Positions 1-7,996 of a stretch of DNA of 44,740 nucleotides are shown here, piece by piece. A model generated the notes under the pieces. The model was not told the DNA's origin. It did not search any database and saw only the letters and a program-made list of their open reading frames with translations. The first letter of the stretch is position 1, and each line of letters opens with the position of its first letter. Source of the DNA: Candidatus Dojkabacteria bacterium (GTDB lineage: Bacteria > Patescibacteriota > Dojkabacteria > B142 > OLB20); contig JAGQLL010000006.1 in NCBI GenBank assembly GCA_020429395.1, forward strand, positions 30,549-75,288. The letters run 5' to 3'. Made by a program: the position numbers and the translations under genes.

Positions 1-1
1 A

Positions 2-1435
2 TCATAATTGATGTTCTTTAATAGATATCAATGCTTCTTTTATCCAAGGAATAGTGTTCCCTTGAGAGTCGATGGCATTTTGGTTTAGTTGAAGTCGTAC
101 AATTTCGTCTCCTTGATTTAATATTCTATCTTTAATAGGTGTCAATACCAATACTCCTTGACGATCCATACTTGCTACATTTGTAGCATATTTTTGATAA
201 AGAAGAGCCTTATCTCTATCTTCATCTAGAAATACAGTTGTTGGAGCAATTTCATCAGTAAATCGATTTTGGGCAGCGTTATCACCTTGTAATCTATAAA
301 TTCCCATTTTCATACAATGTTTAATGGTAATTTGTTTATCCGCTCTATTAGAAATTTGTGAAAAGTTCTCGGTCTGAAGGTTTTGTAGATTGTATTCTTT
401 GTAATTAAGATCAATTTTTAATCCCATAAATTCATAAAGATGTAGTAAAGACAAAGGAACTTCATCTCTAAGCAATTGCATTTTTGTATACATAGGTACA
501 GATGCGGTCTGCCTCGCGTTAATTTCAATTACGAATGTTTCCCCATTTTCTTTTACAATAAAATCGACACCAAACATCCCTCGAAATCCCTTTTTATACA
601 TATTTGACCCAATTATCTCAGTTTCTTTCATAATCTGATCTGTATTGTCTAGGTTGATTCTTTTTGACCAGTCATTTCCAATTGTTGTCCCCCATAATGC
701 ACCCAGATCTTGATCTCCAGTAATTTGCAGGCTTAGTCCACCCATAAAAACACCTGTATTAGTAACACATGCATTAATAGTATAGGCAATCCCCGAAACA
801 TAAGCGCTAAACTTAGCAAATCTTTGATCGTTTTCAGCTTGAATTGAGTTAAACTCCTCTTCTGTATCAATAACATATGTACCTGAACCAGTATGTCCTC
901 GAGCAAATTGGATTACAAATGTTTGTCCTAATTGATGAACCAATTGCAGGTATGAAAGATTTCCAAATTTATCAAGAATTGTTTTCGGAAATTTTACTAG
1001 TTGAGATAGATTTTGATATTGAGTAATTTTCTCTTCAAATTCGCGATTTAATAGAGAGGTAGTATTAAGTGTGTTAAACCCTAGTTCTTGGACTTTCTTT
1101 TCATAAGCAGGATTTACTTTAAATGTTTGTGCGTAATTTAATTTCTTCTTGTTTTTATCTAGAAAGTTTAAAACTTTTTGATCACTGAGAAGAATTCTGG
1201 TACCACCCTGCGGGTTTATTTCTATCTCAGAATCACATTCAAGACAATAATTCTTAATACCTCCATCATTAAAATATTCAGAATATTGTGAACTTTGAAT
1301 GTAAATTAAATAGTAATTATTTATAAGTGTTTCGAGACCTAGTCCCCGTTCTGGATTACGAACGAAATAATATAAGTTTTTATCAGATAAGTGAGAATTT
1401 AAATTGTTTGTATAGTCTTGTAATCTATTTCTCAT
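2..1435 (-). CDS. ATP-grasp fold ligase, substrate unknown (477 aa)
   Basis: Complete ORF (ATG at 1435, TGA at 2-4). The C-terminal half has ATP-grasp-type blocks: FARGHTGSGTYVI and FRGMFGVDFIVKENGETFVIEINARQTAS (E-x-N metal/ATP-binding block). An 11-nt overlap with the upstream methyltransferase ORF suggests one operon. Confidence 0.6.
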   Translation of the reverse strand: MRNRLQDYTNNLNSHLSDKNLYYFVRNPERGLGLETLINNYYLIYIQSSQYSEYFNDGGIKNYCLECDSEIEINPQGGTRILLSDQKVLNFLDKNKKKLNYAQTFKVNPAYEKKVQELGFNTLNTTSLLNREFEEKITQYQNLSQLVKFPKTILDKFGNLSYLQLVHQLGQTFVIQFARGHTGSGTYVIDTEEEFNSIQAENDQRFAKFSAYVSGIAYTINACVTNTGVFMGGLSLQITGDQDLGALWGTTIGNDWSKRINLDNTDQIMKETEIIGSNMYKKGFRGMFGVDFIVKENGETFVIEINARQTASVPMYTKMQLLRDEVPLSLLHLYEFMGLKIDLNYKEYNLQNLQTENFSQISNRADKQITIKHCMKMGIYRLQGDNAAQNRFTDEIAPTTVFLDEDRDKALLYQKYATNVASMDRQGVLVLTPIKDRILNQGDEIVRLQLNQNAIDSQGNTIPWIKEALISIKEHQL

Positions 1436-1940
1436 TTATGTATACGTAAATTTTGTTTTCAGAAGTAGAAACGGGTTTTTTATCGTGGAACATAAAGGTG
1501 TTTGATATGAAAACGGCATTTTTAGGCATTTCTTGAGTTAATTTTTTTGCAAGTTTGTCCATCACTTTTGGGTAGAGATAAATGAATGCTGCATCGTATT
1601 TTTCATAGTTCAATTTTAAGAAGTCTTCTCTGATTATGTGAACTTTTTTGTAATTTCCAATTAGCTTCCTGAATTTCATGATTAAAACTAATATAGGATT
1701 GAATTCTATTGCGCTCACCTCATAACCTTCTCTTGCAAGAGCAAAAGCTACTCGACCATCGCCCGCCCCAAGTTCTGCTATATGCTTAACTTTATGATTT
1801 TTCAATTCTTTAATTGCTGTTTTTATAGTCTTTTTTGATGTAGGGAAATATGGAGCACTAATACGGAACGCCTTAATCCAATAATAGAAATAAACTATAT
1901 ATATTACTGAAAGTACAAGAAGGGCAATTAATTCGATCAT
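1425..1940 (-). CDS. class I SAM-dependent methyltransferase with N-terminal membrane helix
   Basis: IAELGAGDGRVAFALAREGYEVSAIEFNP matches motif I (GxGxG) plus the acidic residue after beta-2. N-terminal hydrophobic helix MIELIALLVLSVIYIVYFYYWI. 4-nt ATGA overlap with the PLP-enzyme ORF. Confidence 0.65.
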   Translation of the reverse strand: MIELIALLVLSVIYIVYFYYWIKAFRISAPYFPTSKKTIKTAIKELKNHKVKHIAELGAGDGRVAFALAREGYEVSAIEFNPILVLIMKFRKLIGNYKKVHIIREDFLKLNYEKYDAAFIYLYPKVMDKLAKKLTQEMPKNAVFISNTFMFHDKKPVSTSENKIYVYINEK

Positions 1941-2893
1941 AATCCGCTAAAGAGTAAAACTGGATATTTATAATTATAACCCTTTTTTACGGCTTTTCTC
2001 CAACCAGAAAAAGCCAAAAGAGAATTAAAACTATAATCCTTATGAAGTAAATTATTAACTATTTCTTTATCTTCCATGAGTTGTGTATCAGAAATTACCC
2101 ATCCAAAGCCATTTGATTTTTTTATTATTTCAACCACACTATTTTTCCTATGAGCAACTCTATCTGTAATTGCATCCGCAAGACTAGTGTCTTTTCGCTC
2201 AAAATCCACATCAAAATATTTTGATATTGAGTTAATCTTCTCAGTTTGGCATATGTGGATCGGTACATGAATATTTAACTCTTGAAACCCCTGGTTAATC
2301 CCAATACTACTTGTACCGCTACTGCATGGTATAAAAATTGCATCAATTTCCGGAACCTGTTCAAATAGTTCGTACGAAATAGTTTTAAAGCCTACGGGAG
2401 CATAAACATCAGTGGACCCACGTAAATTAATAAAATCAGGATTATTATTCAGAAATTTAATTAATTCGGATCGAGGTTTATTTGATAAGTTAATGTTGAT
2501 TTTTGAATTTGAAAGTTCTTTTATATTATTTAACTTCGAACTGTTAATTTGTTCACTTAAAAATAATTGCAATTCAACATTATATTGTCTAGAAATATAA
2601 CAAGCGCTGACCGCAGAATTTCCAGATGAAGATAATGCGAATCTTGTTTCTCCTTGTTGTATATGTCGAGCCATTTGATAGCCGATACTACGATCTTTGA
2701 ATGATCCGTTTAAATTATCGTTCTCATCTTTAATTATTAGATTTTCATCTTCGTATTTCAGCTCGATAATAGGTGTATTCACCTTTAAATCGAGTATTTT
2801 AAACTTGATTTCAATATCATCAAAATAATCCCAATAGCTTCTCATAGTAATTTTGTTATAGAATACTTGTAATAACGTTATAATCCATATCAT
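1937..2893 (-). CDS. fold-type II PLP-dependent enzyme (threonine synthase / cysteine synthase-like)
   Basis: NLNGSFKDRS (PLP-lysine motif), SSSGNSAVSA and IPCSSGTSS (phosphate-binding loop). The start is uncertain: ATG at 2893 or Met17 at 2845. Confidence 0.65.
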   Translation of the reverse strand: MIWIITLLQVFYNKITMRSYWDYFDDIEIKFKILDLKVNTPIIELKYEDENLIIKDENDNLNGSFKDRSIGYQMARHIQQGETRFALSSSGNSAVSACYISRQYNVELQLFLSEQINSSKLNNIKELSNSKININLSNKPRSELIKFLNNNPDFINLRGSTDVYAPVGFKTISYELFEQVPEIDAIFIPCSSGTSSIGINQGFQELNIHVPIHICQTEKINSISKYFDVDFERKDTSLADAITDRVAHRKNSVVEIIKKSNGFGWVISDTQLMEDKEIVNNLLHKDYSFNSLLAFSGWRKAVKKGYNYKYPVLLFSGL

Positions 2894-2930
2894 AATACAC
2901 TAGACTAATTTTAGTTTTTAGACAACCACT

Positions 2931-3119
2931 ATGGATATTAAAATCACATCACAAGGTAAAGAATATACCTGTGCAGAATGTAAAAATGAAGCATCTGTCG
3001 AGCAAGGTAATGGTGTTGGAGATGTTGTAGAGTGCCCTTTTTGCGGAATTGAGTATGAAATCCTTTCCAAAGATGATGAAGGAAACTATGAATTATGCAT
3101 CATAGAAGAAGAAAAATAA
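2931..3119 (+). CDS. LysW-like zinc-ribbon miniprotein (candidate amino-group carrier protein), 62 aa
   Basis: CAEC-x17-CPFCG. GDVVECPFCGIEYEIL resembles the LysW core GELVVCEDCGAELEVV as I recall it, followed by an acidic tail (DDEGNYELCIIEEEK). It lies divergent to, and less than 90 bp from, the ATP-grasp operon. Confidence 0.5.
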   Translation: MDIKITSQGKEYTCAECKNEASVEQGNGVGDVVECPFCGIEYEILSKDDEGNYELCIIEEEK

Positions 3120-3219
3120 TTGCAATACCTCATTCAATTTATGTATCATATTTGTATCACCATTATACTTAAATGATGTTATTTCATTTTTAGAAATAAT
3201 TTTGTTGATGTATTGGTCT

Positions 3220-3292
3220 GCTGGAGTAGCTCAGGTGGTAGAGCAACTGTTTCGTAAATAGTAGGTCGAGAGTTCGAATCTCTCCTCCAGCT
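3220..3292 (+). tRNA. tRNA-Thr (anticodon CGT)
   Basis: Cloverleaf folded by hand: acceptor GCTGGAG/CTCCAGC, D arm GCTC..GAGC, anticodon stem ACTGT/ATAGT with loop TTCGTAA, T arm GAGAG-TTCGAAT-CTCTC. No encoded CCA. Confidence 0.9.
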
Positions 3293-3316
3293 TATTATTA
3301 GTTTTAAAAAACAAAT

Positions 3317-4363
3317 ATGTTTAACCCCGAATTATTAATAACAAATAAAATCCTTACTAATATAGTAAATATTGAAAAAGAGGTATTACTTTTAAATGCT
3401 TCCGACATTACAACTCAGCAAAAAATCAAATTGAAAGCCACTTCGAAAGCACTATACCTCTTTCACGCTTCGCATATGATCGGCTATAACATCGGTTTGA
3501 AGGATGCTGAAAAGATCAGTGAAGGTAGGGTTTTTGATCAAGAAAATCAGAATATAGTTGTATTAAACAATATAAGAAATCTTCACGAATTTATTCGCTC
3601 AAGCCTTCAAGATGAATACATAGACATTGATTCGAGTATTCTCTTGCATATGAATAAAATCTTGCTTTCGAATTGGAAAGAAGTTTGGGAGGTAAAATTC
3701 AGAAACCCACAATTAATTGAAGATACAGATTGGAACGATTGGTTGCACCTTACTGATAAAACTATTGAGCCATTAACTCTTCAAGATGAACTTAGGTCAG
3801 CTTTTGACTGGTATAAAATTACTACACAAAAGCTTTATCCACTTATCAGAATTTCAATTTTAATATATCGACTTATTCAAATTGCACCATTTTCTCATCT
3901 AAATAAATTTACGATAATTGGTGCTTCAGATTTCTTATTAAGAAAGAATGGATATATAAGTGACGATTATTTGTCTACTTTTCGACTTTTTGATTCAAAT
4001 AATTCTCTATTTAAAGACGTCATTGCTAAAACCAATGTTGAAAATCCAAATGATCTCACTCTTTGGGTTGAACATTTTACAGACTCTCTAGCCCGAGAAC
4101 TAAAATCAGTTTCGATGGATATTCAAGAATTCGCTAAAGCAAATCCTAAGCAGAAGAAAACATTTCTTGATCTAAATAAAAGACAGTTAAAAATCCTAAA
4201 ATATCTACAAACTATTCCAACTATCAAACGTGAAGATTATGTACAAATTATGGAGGTCTCAACTATGACAGCATTTAGAGATTTAAATGATTTAGTCACA
4301 AAAAAATTGCTTAAAGTAGATGGACGTGGTCGAGCTACTAGGTATCATTTGGCTAATCGTTAA
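3317..4363 (+). CDS. Fic-family-like protein with degenerate active-site motif and C-terminal winged-helix domain
   Basis: IAPFSHLNKFTIIGASDFLL sits where the Fic motif HPFxDGNGRxxR is expected, but His, Asp, Gly and Arg are all replaced. The C-terminus LNKRQLKILKYLQ...YVQIMEVSTMTAFRDLNDLVTKKLLKVDGRGRATRYHL looks like a wHTH. Confidence 0.45.
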   Translation: MFNPELLITNKILTNIVNIEKEVLLLNASDITTQQKIKLKATSKALYLFHASHMIGYNIGLKDAEKISEGRVFDQENQNIVVLNNIRNLHEFIRSSLQDEYIDIDSSILLHMNKILLSNWKEVWEVKFRNPQLIEDTDWNDWLHLTDKTIEPLTLQDELRSAFDWYKITTQKLYPLIRISILIYRLIQIAPFSHLNKFTIIGASDFLLRKNGYISDDYLSTFRLFDSNNSLFKDVIAKTNVENPNDLTLWVEHFTDSLARELKSVSMDIQEFAKANPKQKKTFLDLNKRQLKILKYLQTIPTIKREDYVQIMEVSTMTAFRDLNDLVTKKLLKVDGRGRATRYHLANR

Positions 4364-5903
4364 TCTGTAGAACTTTTCGAATATTTTCTATTGTATTTTT
4401 GTTTTTAATAATAGTCTGTAGGTCGGTATCTTTTGCCTTTTTTATGCCCTCTACCGATCCAAATGCCCTCAAGAGTTTCTTCTTAGTTATATTACCTATA
4501 CCAGGAATATCGTCTAAAACAGATGCGGTCTGGCCTAGCGAGCGAAGTTTTCTATGGTAATTAATTGCAAATCTGTGTGACTCGTCTCTGATTCGTTGTA
4601 GTAGAAAATATCCGTCAGAATTAAAATTAAGTCTTCTTTGAACAAATTCGAGTTCCCCTTCTTTGTCTTTTATATAGAAGATATCTTCATTTTGTTTAGC
4701 TAGACCAACAATAGGAATATCCACATTTAGACTAGATAGCACCTTGTAAACTGAACTTAGTTGTCCTTTTCCGCCATCAATTATTATAAGATTCGGATTA
4801 ATTGAAAAACTGGCATCAGGTTTATTGGATTTATGCTTAAAACGTCTAGATAACATTTCAGACATCATCGCAAAGTCGTCGGGAGTAGTTTTTGTTTTTA
4901 TTTTGAATTTTCTATATAAATTTTTGGCAGGATTTCCATCTACAAATACAATCATAGAACCTACTGCATTTTTTCCTTGGATATTTGAAATATCATAACA
5001 TTCGATTTTGAAGTTTTCTTGTACTTTTAAATCAAAATGATCTAGTTTGTTCACCAATTCATTTAATGCTTTCAATTTATGTTTCTTTTTTTCTTCATGA
5101 AATGCTGTCTCATCAGTGAATGTGTCTTCTATAGTAACTCTTTGTTTGATATATTCAAGATCTTGTATTTTATTCCTTAGATCAGCAGATTTCTCAAATT
5201 CATATCTTTTAGAAAACTTCTCTAGATCAGTTTTAAGTGCTTTTACAAGTTCATTATGACCCTTAGTAAAGAAAGTGTTTATACCTTTGAGATTTTGATT
5301 ATATTTTTTCTTAGAGACATATCCAGCACATGGTGCTTGGCAAAGACCCAAGTGAAAATATAGACAAGGTATTGGGTCTGAAGATTTTATAATTTTTTTA
5401 TTTGTATTAGGATCAACAATTTCATTTATAACTCTGTTACAGGTTCTGTAGGGATAGATTTTCCTCAAACGTGACAATATACGTCTAACAGGCATTGTAT
5501 AGTGGTAAGGTCCTAAATATACAGCATTCTTTCTTGTTTTTGAACGAACAATTTGTAATCTAGGGAAATCCTCGTTTTTATCAATCATTATCCAGATGTA
5601 GTTCTTGTCATCTTTCAGGTCTCGATTATAATATGGCTTATACTTTTTAATAAGATTGGTCTCAAGTATAAATGCCTCTAACTCAGAATCTGTTGAGATG
5701 TGTTCAATACTAACAATATTAGCAACAAGATTGTTAATATGAGGATCGGAGTGGATTTTTGAAAAATAACTAGATACCCTTTTTTTGATATTTTTAGCCT
5801 TACCTACATATATAACAGATTGGTTTATATCCCTATAAATATAACATCCCGGTGTATCCGGCAAATCTGGTAACTGGAGTTTTATGATTTCTTCGCTAGA
5901 CAC
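4353..5903 (-). CDS. uvrC: excinuclease ABC subunit C
   Basis: GIY-YIG N-terminus (GCYIYRD..VIYVGKAKNIKKRVSSYF), a UVR-like helix (ADLRNKIQDLEYIKQ), and a C-terminal endonuclease plus HhH region (IPGIGNITKKKLLRAFGSVEGI). GTG start. At 516 aa it is short for UvrC. Confidence 0.9.
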   Translation of the reverse strand: MSSEEIIKLQLPDLPDTPGCYIYRDINQSVIYVGKAKNIKKRVSSYFSKIHSDPHINNLVANIVSIEHISTDSELEAFILETNLIKKYKPYYNRDLKDDKNYIWIMIDKNEDFPRLQIVRSKTRKNAVYLGPYHYTMPVRRILSRLRKIYPYRTCNRVINEIVDPNTNKKIIKSSDPIPCLYFHLGLCQAPCAGYVSKKKYNQNLKGINTFFTKGHNELVKALKTDLEKFSKRYEFEKSADLRNKIQDLEYIKQRVTIEDTFTDETAFHEEKKKHKLKALNELVNKLDHFDLKVQENFKIECYDISNIQGKNAVGSMIVFVDGNPAKNLYRKFKIKTKTTPDDFAMMSEMLSRRFKHKSNKPDASFSINPNLIIIDGGKGQLSSVYKVLSSLNVDIPIVGLAKQNEDIFYIKDKEGELEFVQRRLNFNSDGYFLLQRIRDESHRFAINYHRKLRSLGQTASVLDDIPGIGNITKKKLLRAFGSVEGIKKAKDTDLQTIIKNKNTIENIRKVLQIND

Positions 5904-5905
5904 GG

Positions 5906-6109
5906 TTATAGTTCTTCGTTTAATGCCCTTCTGTAGGTATCAAGTTTCCTGTCATGAACAAAAACCCTTGAGCATTGACATTCAAGGATTTCGGTACCAT
6001 CTGCTTTTTTATCAATAACTTTTGCTTTTTTTAAACCTTGGGTACAGCCTGGACACATTTTCTTTTGTAATAGAATGCCCTGTAAAGGCGTTATTAGTTT
6101 TTTTAACAT
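5906..6109 (-). CDS. small Cys-rich (zinc-ribbon-like) hypothetical protein
   Basis: 67-aa ORF with CPGC...CQC. Its stop lies 2 nt upstream of the uvrC start on the same strand. Confidence 0.4.
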   Translation of the reverse strand: MLKKLITPLQGILLQKKMCPGCTQGLKKAKVIDKKADGTEILECQCSRVFVHDRKLDTYRRALNEEL

Positions 6110-6165
6110 AGCTCTGAATATTTAAATCTGATAACATTATACTTATTAAACCATAAAAGACCAAA

Positions 6166-7266
6166 ATGAATTTGGAAATTGTAATCACATTAATTATCCT
6201 GGCTGTTTTGCTTTCGTTTATTCTCGCATTTCCGATTATTAGCTTTTTGTACAAATTTAAAATACAAAGAAATCTAGATGTTGATTTCTCTGTTTTAATT
6301 GAGTCTCGCAAACACAAGGTAGGGACACCTATTATGGGAGGTTTGATAATTATTCTAACAGTTGTGATTTTAAATTTAATTTTAAATTTTAACGAAACTA
6401 CAGCGGTTCCAATAATAATATTTATCAGTTTGGCACTAATAGGTGGTCTTGATGATGTTTTGAACTTATTTGGACAAAAACGAAAAGTCAGGACTTTAAA
6501 TAGAGTCATAACATTAATAAAAGTACATCGTAATAATCTTTATAGACTAAAATTGTTTCTAGGTCTCCCATGGATAACCTTCCACAGAGTTATGAGAATT
6601 TTCGAGTCTAACCCAGGGAAAGGTTTATTTGCTCACGAAAGATTACTATTACAACTTGCTAATGCTCTGGCTTTCTGTGTCTGGTTTATGACCTCCCAAG
6701 AAAGCCCAGAACAAATTGTACTGCCTTTTATTGGAATGGTCTCAATAGGTATTTTAATAATCCCTTTAATTATCGGAATAATTCTGGGAATGATAAATGC
6801 TGTAAATTTCTCTGATGGACTTGATGGATTGTCAGCCGGAATGTTGGTGAATGCATTTGTCGGATTTCTTATAATTGCTTTCTTTGATAATAACGTTCCA
6901 CTTGCATTGTTGACTTCCACAATTATTGGAGGTTTGGTGACATATTTGTACTTTAATATTCCTCCTGCTAGAGTTCAAATGGGTGATGTGGGTACTTATT
7001 CCTTAGGCGGACTATTAGCTATCATCGGCATAATGTTACAAAACCCGGTGGTACTTTTTATTATTTGTTTTCCATTCGTAGTCGAAGTTTCAAGTACTGT
7101 TATTCAAAGTGCTGTGAGAAAGCTTTTTGGAAGAAGATTGTTTAAGATGGCTCCCTTACATCATCATTTTGAAATGATGGGTTGGAGTGAAGAAAAAGTA
7201 GTTATGAGATTTTGGCTCTTCTCTAGTCTATTTACACTATTGGGGATTTGGGTGTATTTTTGGTAA
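6166..7266 (+). CDS. mraY: phospho-N-acetylmuramoyl-pentapeptide transferase
   Basis: GTPIMGGL, NAVNFSDGLDGLSAG, MGDVGTYSLGG and APLHHHFE. Polytopic membrane protein. Confidence 0.9.
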   Translation: MNLEIVITLIILAVLLSFILAFPIISFLYKFKIQRNLDVDFSVLIESRKHKVGTPIMGGLIIILTVVILNLILNFNETTAVPIIIFISLALIGGLDDVLNLFGQKRKVRTLNRVITLIKVHRNNLYRLKLFLGLPWITFHRVMRIFESNPGKGLFAHERLLLQLANALAFCVWFMTSQESPEQIVLPFIGMVSIGILIIPLIIGIILGMINAVNFSDGLDGLSAGMLVNAFVGFLIIAFFDNNVPLALLTSTIIGGLVTYLYFNIPPARVQMGDVGTYSLGGLLAIIGIMLQNPVVLFIICFPFVVEVSSTVIQSAVRKLFGRRLFKMAPLHHHFEMMGWSEEKVVMRFWLFSSLFTLLGIWVYFW

Positions 7267-7271
7267 AGCTT

Positions 7272-7280
7272 TGCTATAAT
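7272..7280 (+). promoter_or_regulatory. extended -10 promoter element (TGcTATAAT) for the leader and tRNA-Phe transcript
   Basis: Exact TGnTATAAT 6 nt after the mraY stop, about 35 nt upstream of the conserved leader. Confidence 0.45.
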
Positions 7281-7313
7281 TACACTTCGTTCTTTGATGT
7301 TACTCTTTCTAGT

Positions 7314-7419
7314 AAGTTTCAATGACCAAAGGGAATTGAAACTTAAGAGGAGGAACAAGCGGAAGCAGGAACTAAGTCGCGTTGCGATCTTAGTGGATGC
7401 TGAAGCTTTGTTTCGACGA
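7314..7419 (+). ncRNA. conserved structured 5' leader, copy A, directly abutting tRNA-Phe
   Basis: About 105 nt that align without large gaps to 29702-29806. 9-bp hairpin AGTTTCAAT/ATTGAAACT (7315-7323/7335-7343) with loop ..AAAGGGA; second hairpin at 7371-7394. Non-coding: the same frame in copy B hits a stop. Confidence 0.5.
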
Positions 7420-7492
7420 GCCGAGGTAGCTCAGCTGGTAGAGCACCCGCCTGAAGAGCGGGGTGTCGTCAGTTCAAGTCTGACCCTCGGCA
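7420..7492 (+). tRNA. tRNA-Phe (anticodon GAA)
   Basis: Acceptor GCCGAGG/CCTCGGC, anticodon stem CCCGC/GCGGG with loop CTGAAGA, T arm GTCAG-TTCAAGT-CTGAC. No encoded CCA. Confidence 0.92.
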
Positions 7493-7565
7493 TATATAAA
7501 GTTAATAATATGGGCACTTATCCTCTGATCAAGTTAGAGGAGTTCGGTCATTTAAAATAGACTTA

Positions 7566-7650
7566 GGGCGCTTAGCTCAGCTTCCGCCAGAGGCGGATCA
7601 GCCTTTGGCTGAGGTTAGAGTCCCGCTAAGCGGGATTTACACCGAGTAAG
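7566..7650 (+). other. tRNA-Val-derived 5' fragment carrying hairpin insertions (no T arm or 3' acceptor strand)
   Basis: 7566-7581 is identical to the first 16 nt of the intact tRNA-Val. 7582-7635 contains three 6-bp/3-nt-loop hairpins. TTTACACCGAGTA (anticodon loop plus 3' strand) then resumes, after which the homology ends. Confidence 0.6.
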
Positions 7651-7681
7651 TTATAGTTCATTAAAAATATATGATTTAGCT

Positions 7682-7755
7682 GGGCGCTTAGCTCAGCTGG
7701 TTAGAGCGACTCGTTTACACCGAGTAGGTCGGGGGTTCGACTCCCTCAGCGCCCA
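7682..7755 (+). tRNA. tRNA-Val (anticodon TAC)
   Basis: Acceptor GGGCGCT/AGCGCCC, D arm GCTC..GAGC, anticodon stem ACTCG/CGAGT with loop TTTACAC, T arm GGGGG-TTCGACT-CCCTC. No encoded CCA. Confidence 0.92.
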
Positions 7756-7824
7756 GCTAGGTCATAATATTCATGAATAAATCCCCATTAAAATACTTCG
7801 TTTACATTCTTTTATAATGAATCC

Positions 7825-7996
7825 GGGTGCTTAAATCAGCTTCCGCCAGAGGCGGATCAGCCTTTGGCTGAGGTTAGAGTCCCGCGAAGCGGGATTTACA
7901 CCAAGTAGGTCGGATTTATTGATGTAATAAATTGGAAGGGAGATTTCTCTCAAAGAGAGATATCTGTCTTGGAGACGACTTCCTCAGCGCCCACCA
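7825..7996 (+). other. ornate tRNA-Val-like element: acceptor-type closing stem, five inserted hairpins, genomically encoded CCA
   Basis: 5' GGGTGCT can pair with 3' AGCGCCC, followed by A-CCA. It carries the same 54-nt hairpin block as 7582-7635 (at 7841-7894, with 1 loop difference) plus a second ~60-nt hairpin-rich insertion (7914-~7973) in the T-arm region. TATAAT at 7813-7818 lies 6 nt upstream of the 5' end. Confidence 0.6.

Noticed and set aside
6012-6509. 165-aa ORF antisense to the mraY 5' region
   Set aside because: It overlaps the well-supported mraY and the small zinc-ribbon ORF, and its composition is that of an antisense shadow ORF.
7294-7560. 88-aa ORF on the plus strand
   Set aside because: It runs straight through the conserved leader and tRNA-Phe, and the homologous leader copy B has an in-frame stop. 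It is spurious.
7825-7996. tmRNA, suggested by the acceptor-like stem and encoded CCA
   Set aside because: The third acceptor pair is G-C rather than the G-U alanine identity pair. The element is only ~170 nt, it is clearly homologous to tRNA-Val, and I see no tag reading frame ending in a hydrophobic Ala-rich peptide.
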